Of a stretch of 64,000 nt of DNA, positions 57,427 through 64,000 are shown one piece after another. Position numbers and translations under genes: made by a program. The stretch lies in contig CAWCTR010000014.1 of assembly GCA_963798485.1 (NCBI GenBank), forward strand, positions 443,722 through 507,721, written 5' to 3'. The notes below the pieces were generated by a model. It saw only the letters and a list, made by a program, of their open reading frames with translations. It made no database searches and was not told the DNA's origin. Within the stretch, counting starts at the first letter, position 1. The number at the start of each line of letters is the position of its first letter. The stretch is from an uncultured delta proteobacterium (GTDB lineage Bacteria > Desulfobacterota > Desulfomonilia > UBA1062).

Positions 57427-58830
57427 TTAGAAACAGAATTTGTCAAACTCGTCAGGTATTGCCGTCGGATAACTGCCGTCAAAGCAGGCGGTGCAGTAAT
57501 TCGACCCGCATTCCACAGTGCTGAGCATGCCGGGGATGGAGAGATATGCGAGAGAGTCGGCTTCGAGATAGCACCTGATCTGCTCTATGGTCTTTTCATT
57601 CGCTATCAGCTCGGAGTGCTTTGATATATCAATGCCATAATAGCAGGGGTTCATGATCGGCGGCGAGCTTATCCTCACATGTATCTCTCTGGCGCCTTTG
57701 TCCCGAAGCATCCTCACGATCTGACGCATAGTGGTGCCCCTTACAATGGAATCATCCACCAATACGACACGTTTGTCCTTGAGAACACCCGTGACAGGGT
57801 TGAGCTTGACCTTTACATCGAGCTTCCTTTTGTCCTGATGTGGCGCGATAAAGGTCCGTCCCACATAGTGGTTCCTGATAAGCCCGATCTCATACCGGAG
57901 CCTCGATACCCGTGCATAACCCAAGGCAGCGGTATTTCCCGAGTCAGGTACGGCGATCACGATATCCGCATCAGCCGGGGCCTCTATTGCCAGTCTTTTC
58001 CCCAGACTCCTACGGATCTTGTCCACCTTCTCGCCGAAGATCAGGCTGTCCGGGCGCGCAAAGTAGATATGCTCAAATATGCAGTAGCTTCTCCGAGGTG
58101 CCTCAGGCAAGTGGCTGCACCTGATACCGGCATTATCAATAACCACGATTTCGCCTGGCTCCAGGGATCTGATATACTCGGCGCCTACGATATCAAAGGC
58201 ACAGGTCTCTGAAGCCACCATATATACCCCGTTAATCATGCCAAGACTCAAGGGCCTGAAGCCATATGGATCCCGCGCGGCAATCAGTTTATCCGGCGTT
58301 AAAAATACAAAGCAGTAGGCGCCTACAAGCTTTTCCAATGCATCCGTTATCGCATCGACAATATCGGTTTGACTGGAACGGGCTATGAGATGCAGTACAA
58401 TCTCACTGTCGGAGGTAGTCTGAAAAATCGATCCACTGTCTTGCATGCCTTTGCGGATTTGTGAAGCATTGGTGATTGTGCCGTTGTGCGCCACCGCAAT
58501 CTGGCCTGACTTGCACTCGATTACAATGGGCTGGGCATTAATGATGTTTGTGCTCCCTCTGGTGGAATAACGGTTATGGCCGATTGCCGCATGCCCTGTA
58601 AGCTTGGGCATTGCAGCAGGGTCGGAGAACACCGCCCAGACAAGACCCAATCCCTTGTGAAGGGCTATCCCGCACCCATCGGTTGAGGCGATGCCTGCAC
58701 TTTCCTGTCCGCGATGTTGAAGTGCGTAGAGACCGAGATAAATCTTCTCCGCGGCCTTTTCATCACCATAGATCCCTGCTATCCCGCATTCTTCGTGCCA
58801 ATGATCGTCAAGCCGATTCATATTGTTCAT
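57427..58830 (-). CDS. purF: Amidophosphoribosyltransferase
   Basis: EECGIAG propeptide/Cys1, QHRGQESAG, GHNRYST, VDDSIVRGTT, PCYYGID. Confidence 0.96.
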   Translation of the reverse strand: MNNMNRLDDHWHEECGIAGIYGDEKAAEKIYLGLYALQHRGQESAGIASTDGCGIALHKGLGLVWAVFSDPAAMPKLTGHAAIGHNRYSTRGSTNIINAQPIVIECKSGQIAVAHNGTITNASQIRKGMQDSGSIFQTTSDSEIVLHLIARSSQTDIVDAITDALEKLVGAYCFVFLTPDKLIAARDPYGFRPLSLGMINGVYMVASETCAFDIVGAEYIRSLEPGEIVVIDNAGIRCSHLPEAPRRSYCIFEHIYFARPDSLIFGEKVDKIRRSLGKRLAIEAPADADIVIAVPDSGNTAALGYARVSRLRYEIGLIRNHYVGRTFIAPHQDKRKLDVKVKLNPVTGVLKDKRVVLVDDSIVRGTTMRQIVRMLRDKGAREIHVRISSPPIMNPCYYGIDISKHSELIANEKTIEQIRCYLEADSLAYLSIPGMLSTVECGSNYCTACFDGSYPTAIPDEFDKFCF

Positions 58831-59050
58831 GTATTTCCAGCCTTGCAGCTCCAATGCCTGTTTTCGTACGTCTGCCGCCACGAGAAGTCTGTCCAAGACG
58901 GTCTTATTCTTACCACCCATCTTTCCGTCGGGCAATGGCAAACAGAAACGTTCACTCACATAAGACAGCCTGGTAAATAACACAATTTCGTCTAGATATG
59001 TTTATATAGCCCTTTTTTGTTTCAAATGAATTGGAATCGGGTGCTGATCT

Positions 59051-61600
59051 TTACTTGGCAACAATACCCTTCATCCCTCCGGAAGTAAGCGTGGCGATAT
59101 TTGTAAGAACCACAGGAAGAGACAAGGTCGTCGGAGAAGCCAGGTAACGAGGCCGCCACTGGGGCTGGAACTTTTCCTTATACTGACGCAGGCCCTGAAA
59201 ATTGTAAAAGTTCTCCACATGTTTAAAGAGAAAGCCGCCAATGCGGTTCCACAGGGATGCAAGCGAGTTATCAGAAAGACCTGCCAGTGGGGCCATGCCG
59301 AAGTTAAACCAATGATACCCGTTCTCTTTACCCCATAGCATGAGATGTACAAACAGGTAGTCCATCGTTCCATTCGGCGCATCCGGGGTATATCGCATAA
59401 GATCTACCGAAATCTCTTCCATCCTTCCGGAAGACCAGATATTTGCAAAGGCCAGTATTTTATCCCCTCTACGAATCAGCCCTATGGGAAATTGTACGAT
59501 GTAGTCCTCCATGAAATATCCAAGAGAAAAGCCCTTCTCCCTGGTATGCTTTTCTTCAAGCCAGGCGTCTGATATGCTTCTCAGATCACCCATGATCTGA
59601 GACACTGCACCACCCTGAACCACCTCGAAGGTATACCCCTCCTTGCCGAGCTTGTTGTATGTATGCCTCAGCTCTTTTCTGAGGCCTCCTTCCAGGCTGA
59701 AGGTCCCCAGTTCCACCCTCCCCTCTTCCCCAAGCTTGACCAATGTCATACCGAGGTCGATATACACATGAAGGTTTTCCGATCCGACCTCATAAAAAAC
59801 AGGCCAGCCCCCGAAACGGTCACAAAGTTCACAAAATTGCCAGGCCAGTTCCTGCCACTGGGATTTCGGACCAATGGGATCACCCATAGCGATCCAGCTT
59901 CTCCCGCTGACCGTATACATAATGAATGCCTTGCCGTTTTCGCTGAACAGAAGCGTCTTGTCGTTCAGCAGGGCAAGATTCGCATGAGAGTCAAGTGATT
60001 CCTTGATTATCGGCAATGCCCGCTCCAGATCACTTCTGTTTCCTGTTATCGGCGGTGGCGAGAAAGGATGAAGAATCTTTGCGAATGCATAGGTAAGGGC
60101 CGCAACAAGGGCACCTACTGCAGCCCGTAAAGACCGTGGGGCATCAGCCTTGAACGCAAACAGCCACCACAGATCCGTCGAATATTCCACATGCTTGTAG
60201 GAGAAATAGGTAAGCCATGCTGTTGAGATAAATACGATTCCTATGGAAAAAAGCCAGCCTGCAGTGAACCTGCCGCCCAAAAGGGAACCTTTTCGGTAGA
60301 AACTCGGCCGTGATGGTATCAGGATGAGGAGCATGATCAAAAGGACTGTTGCCTCTTCATATTCAAGTCCCTTCAAAAGGGAGAGAATGATACCGCCGAT
60401 AACAAGCGCAACTGTCATGTAATAAGCAGTATCGAGCCTCCTCTGAAGTCCCCGTGCAAGAATGAGCAGACCTACACCGAAAATGCTTCCGAGAAAGTGT
60501 GAGACCTCGATCACCGGCAGGGGTACATATGAACTCATTTGAGCAAGCCGTTCGCTGATATCCGGGGTAGCACCGGAGAAGAGCAAGACGACACCGCCCA
60601 GGAAGGCAATAACGGTCAGGACCGGGGGGACCATATAAGGGAGCCACCTGGTAATGGCCTGCGCGCCCCACTGCAGGATCTGCTTGCGCTGAAAGACTTC
60701 TTCTATTCCAAGGATTATGGCGGCAAGGAGAAGGGGAAAGATATAATAGGTCAGCCGGTAAATAACCAGTGAGCCGATGATTGAATATGCGGGCATAAGG
60801 GGTGAGAGAAAAACCAGGATTACCGCCTCGAATATCCCCAGACCTCCGGGGATCTGGCTTACCAACCCTGCAAACTGGGCGATCAGGTATATTCCGATAA
60901 AGCTCGGCAATGGAAGGCCCGGGGGTAAAAGGACATACAGAATACTGCCGGCCAAGGCCCAGTCGAGCGTGGCTACTCCTACCTGGGGGAGGAATAGTCT
61001 CGCTGGCGGAATAGCCATTTCAATTTCACCGAATCTGATTGCCCTCCTCTTTATCATAACCAGGACCGCATAGATGAGGATGGGGACAAGGAAGAGAAAT
61101 CCCAGCGGTTGATCGGTTGCGAAGGGGATATGGAGTGCCTTAGGTATAACGAGAGGCTCTGTGAGGAATACCCCTGCGCCAAGGGTTAAAAAACCAATCC
61201 AAATACTTATGGTATTAAAAAAGATAACCTTGGTAATATCGAGGGCTGACAGGCCCCAGGAGGAATAGAGCCGGTACCTTATGGAAGCGCCGGCAACCAG
61301 GGAAAAGCCGATATTGTTACTGAAGGCATACCCGATAAAAGAGGCAGTGGCGATCTTCCTGAAACCCAATGGCCGGTTTATAAACCGCAAGGCAAGAAAG
61401 TCGTAGCCGGTCATGATAAGATAACTGAATATTGTCAGTGCTACGGCTATCAGGACCTGCTTCAGCGGTATCCCGTGAAGGTATTGAAGGATCTCATGAA
61501 GCCGGTATCTTTCAAGCTCCTTATGAAGAACCCACAAGGCTGCGCCGAAGAGAACGAGCCCGATGGATGCCCCTAAGGCCTTCAGTATACGTCCCGTCAA
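59051..61600 (-). CDS. mprF: Aminoacyl-phosphatidylglycerol flippase/synthase MprF
   Basis: Many TM helices with PGGLGIFE; DUF2156 domain (MGDPIG, EKGFSLG, DLMR, GMAPLAG, YNFQGLRQYKEKF). Confidence 0.95.
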   Translation of the reverse strand: MTGRILKALGASIGLVLFGAALWVLHKELERYRLHEILQYLHGIPLKQVLIAVALTIFSYLIMTGYDFLALRFINRPLGFRKIATASFIGYAFSNNIGFSLVAGASIRYRLYSSWGLSALDITKVIFFNTISIWIGFLTLGAGVFLTEPLVIPKALHIPFATDQPLGFLFLVPILIYAVLVMIKRRAIRFGEIEMAIPPARLFLPQVGVATLDWALAGSILYVLLPPGLPLPSFIGIYLIAQFAGLVSQIPGGLGIFEAVILVFLSPLMPAYSIIGSLVIYRLTYYIFPLLLAAIILGIEEVFQRKQILQWGAQAITRWLPYMVPPVLTVIAFLGGVVLLFSGATPDISERLAQMSSYVPLPVIEVSHFLGSIFGVGLLILARGLQRRLDTAYYMTVALVIGGIILSLLKGLEYEEATVLLIMLLILIPSRPSFYRKGSLLGGRFTAGWLFSIGIVFISTAWLTYFSYKHVEYSTDLWWLFAFKADAPRSLRAAVGALVAALTYAFAKILHPFSPPPITGNRSDLERALPIIKESLDSHANLALLNDKTLLFSENGKAFIMYTVSGRSWIAMGDPIGPKSQWQELAWQFCELCDRFGGWPVFYEVGSENLHVYIDLGMTLVKLGEEGRVELGTFSLEGGLRKELRHTYNKLGKEGYTFEVVQGGAVSQIMGDLRSISDAWLEEKHTREKGFSLGYFMEDYIVQFPIGLIRRGDKILAFANIWSSGRMEEISVDLMRYTPDAPNGTMDYLFVHLMLWGKENGYHWFNFGMAPLAGLSDNSLASLWNRIGGFLFKHVENFYNFQGLRQYKEKFQPQWRPRYLASPTTLSLPVVLTNIATLTSGGMKGIVAK

Positions 61601-61918
61601 GGCATGCCCCCGTAAGCCTCAATTATAAAGAAAGAATACCTATCACTATCTATGGCCGTGGCATGGCATCAAACGCCTGACTGAGTCTATCTTTAACAAT
61701 CCCACACCATTTTAAGTTCGTCCAATGATAGATATTTTTACCAAGCTGTCAAGGACTTATCGAAGATCCCAATAACAAGCACAGATTTTGAGCTTGAGTA
61801 AATAATGAGCGGTAGGGGGAGGTCAAATAGTGGTGATTATGGTTACAAGTATCCAGTATGGGCAATGCGTTTTGTATAACGAGATCTATGATTGAAATCC
61901 TGGGATAGTAATCATAAA

Positions 61919-62593
61919 GTCGAGTAGCCCGGGGGAATCTCACCCCCAGGCCCTCACAGAACCGGACGTGAGACTCTCACCTCATCCGGCTCCTGCCGTC
62001 CAGTCATCTGTAAAGAACATAACGACTTTACCTTATCCATAAGCTCCTCCCATTGCTGGTTGACTCACGAACAAGGTCGGACAGCTCAGCCCCTTCGCTC
62101 CATCCGCATTACCGGACTTCATCACTACTACGGACTGATCCGCCCCTGCGCTCTGCATCGGTACTCTCGTCTTCATGGGTCCTCCACTTCGACTTGTCCC
62201 TTAGCATCAGAGCGCCAGGTTCCCACGTTCCGCATGAAAGCCCAAACCAGGCTCGCGCCACCTTTCTGCCGGCCACCATCTGGGCAGTAAACAGGTTTCC
62301 CCCAGACTCTGTCCCGGACCCGATAAAGGAGCCCGGTTTCGATGACGTCTTTAACTTTTCGACAGCTCATCAGTGGTTCACTCTCGTTCGCCTTCCTGGT
62401 CCTCACCTGCCGAGGTCTTGCCTCGACTTTTCCTGGACCGCTCACCACCTGGGATCTTATCCCCACGCAGCGTCAGGCGGTTTGGGATCTGATCCTGTAA
62501 CCCGATCCCGAGGGGCCTCCCCTCATCTCCCATGCAGCATGGCTGCTCCAATGTAGCCTTTAAAGACTACCTCTTCGCGCCTTCGTGGCGCAC
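61919..62593 (-). mobile_element. Group II intron RNA (IIB, class D-like), RT ORF deleted
   Basis: 5' GUGCG at 62593; domain V GAGCCGGAUGAGGUGAGAGUCUCACGUCCGGUUC, domain VI and terminal CUACUCGAC at 61919; only 675 nt long. Confidence 0.92.
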
Positions 62594-62729
62594 TTTATCG
62601 AAGTTATGTAAACTCTGATATAGATCTTATATATAGCTTATGTTATGATCATAATAATTAGTGGTTAAACACCTGTGATCCCATCTCTAGAAATCTCTAA
62701 TTGCATTCAATGAGCATGGTTAGGAAAAT

Positions 62730-62940
62730 ATGAAAAACCTATTGTCCTGCATAATCACAGTCATCTTTCTTAGCGGCTGCGCAACAATATTCACAAGCTC
62801 GACAGATCCCATATCCTTCAAGTCTGTTCCTGAAGGGGGCAAAAGTTGAAATTAATGGAGCAAATATTGGGGGAACACTTATAACTTCTCCCATCAGACG
62901 GGAGCTAACACCTCCTCAAGTGCAACTTAAGCTGGTATGA
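62730..62940 (+). pseudogene. PEGA-domain lipoprotein, frameshifted and truncated
   Basis: MKNLLSCIITVIFLSGCATIFTSSTDPISFKSVPEG, frameshift in the G5 run at about 62835-62839, then AKVEINGANIG..VQLKLV stop. Confidence 0.7.
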
Positions 62941-63136
62941 TGTACGATATATTGAATTATGAACCCGGCTTGAGGCCAAGAAGAAATAAGAAACCCAGTT
63001 CATTCAGCGTAAGCATACTTTTCAGTCGAAAGAGCTGGTATGAAGGTTAGACCTCTCCTGGATAACGTGTCGTGTGAAAGTATAACTATCGTGCCAAGAG
63101 TCATGGTATGAACAACAAAGCATAAGAGGGGGACAT

Positions 63137-63832
63137 ATGAAATCTCGCTTTGTCTTAATTTCCCGATGCCTGACAATTACTATTGTTTGTTCCATCATAT
63201 TATCAGGGTGTGCTGCCTTTCCAGGCTTAACTCTCCCCCAATATACCTATGACCAGCTCACGCCGCCACAGAAAAAACCCTCGGTGGATTATGATGCTAA
63301 GACCTTTAAGGATTCTAGTGGTCCGTTGGTAAGAGTTGATGTCGAAGGGCTGTTCCATGAAGAAATTAACAAAGTTTTTGCACAAAGCAATCTTTTCTCA
63401 AAATACAATGCTGGAACTGTCGGGGGTGAGTATCATTTCTCTTTTGATTTCGAAACTAATCCCTATATACCAGAAGGCGCTTCTCGTTTATTTAACGCCA
63501 TCGACACCCTTACGTGGATGTTCTCTTGCGGGATCATACCTATGTTCGGTAAACAAAATCTTACCCTCACTGTCAATGTAAAGAAAGGCGACCAGGTCAT
63601 AAAACAATATGTATATAAAGATTATGTCGATATGTGGTGTGAGGATCTATTGTTTGTCATGATGCCGATCTATTCCCCCACAAAAGCAGTACGGGAAACA
63701 ATGGATGAAATGCTGTTGGTATTTTTACATGATCTGGAAGAAGACAAGCTGCTAGAAATGAAGCAACTCATACACAACCAAAGCCCATCGACAAAGTCCA
63801 ATAAGAGAAAAGGGAAAGGTGGAAAGAGATGA
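63137..63832 (+). CDS. Hypothetical lipoprotein
   Basis: GAGGGGG RBS, lipobox LSGC, internal hydrophobic SCGIIP segment; lower GC than the island. Confidence 0.75.
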   Translation: MKSRFVLISRCLTITIVCSIILSGCAAFPGLTLPQYTYDQLTPPQKKPSVDYDAKTFKDSSGPLVRVDVEGLFHEEINKVFAQSNLFSKYNAGTVGGEYHFSFDFETNPYIPEGASRLFNAIDTLTWMFSCGIIPMFGKQNLTLTVNVKKGDQVIKQYVYKDYVDMWCEDLLFVMMPIYSPTKAVRETMDEMLLVFLHDLEEDKLLEMKQLIHNQSPSTKSNKRKGKGGKR

Positions 63833-64000
63833 GGAAGGTGTCCAGATCGCGATCGCTGGCGGGCTGTACAAACTCCTCTTCCCTGAGAAAACTGGAATCA
63901 ACAAGGAGGCAAAAGTAAAAAAACCGAGTTACAGTTATGCTTCAGCTTTCTGGAGTGAGAGCGGATGGAAATAAAACTCAGGAAACTCGAGATTATATTA

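Noticed and set aside
62053-62556. ORFs of 167, 76 and 97 aa inside the intron
   Set aside because: Spurious frames over structured intron RNA; no RT motifs.
62594-62614. Possible dif/Xer site at the intron target (TTATGTAAACT at 62604-62614)
   Set aside because: It resembles a XerD-type arm, but the reconstructed partner arm six bases away (TCATAAATTTA) does not fit a XerC arm.
1-64000. CRISPR array, tRNA, rRNA, prophage or IS transposase
   Set aside because: None recognised. The only periodic repeats found are the 11-bp promoter arrays, and the many short antisense ORFs are shadows of GC-rich coding genes.

Overview
A bacterial window, most likely from an anaerobic deltaproteobacterium (Desulfobacterota-like; inferred from gene content, not verified). 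About 54 kb of it is a phosphate-starvation island. Core Pho genes are phoB-phoR, DUF47-pit, pstS-pstCAB-phoU-CYTH-EEP and ppk1-CHAD-phosphoesterase/HD-ppx. A ~20 kb minus-strand operon encodes a PEP-CTERM protein, a PstS/DING-like binding protein, two FKBP foldases, TpsB, a 3471-aa TpsA, DUF2341-ExbB, ExbD, TonB and a putative porin. Also present are an orphan GspC, a second PEP-CTERM gene, a PHP-glycosyltransferase/S8 protease/exosortase/radical SAM operon and a secreted metallophosphoesterase. Reading the intergenic DNA gave four further signals. (i) Fourteen arrays of TT(A/C)A-type hexamers at exact 11-bp period, each with a -10-like hexamer starting 15 nt after the start of the last repeat (candidate Pho boxes). 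(ii) A bipartite, base-paired leader motif (AGGGUACUUUGCUG...CAGGAAGCCCUC) shared by the two PEP-CTERM genes 20 kb apart. (iii) A candidate ~90-nt Pho-controlled sRNA with an 11-nt perfect complement to the neighbouring gene's RBS. (iv) A 675-nt ORF-deleted group II intron with intact EBS1/EBS2 pairing. The right end holds housekeeping genes (START, USP, AsnRS-like Asn synthetase, purF, mprF) and several decayed genes. All calls come from reading the sequence by eye; no database searches were run.
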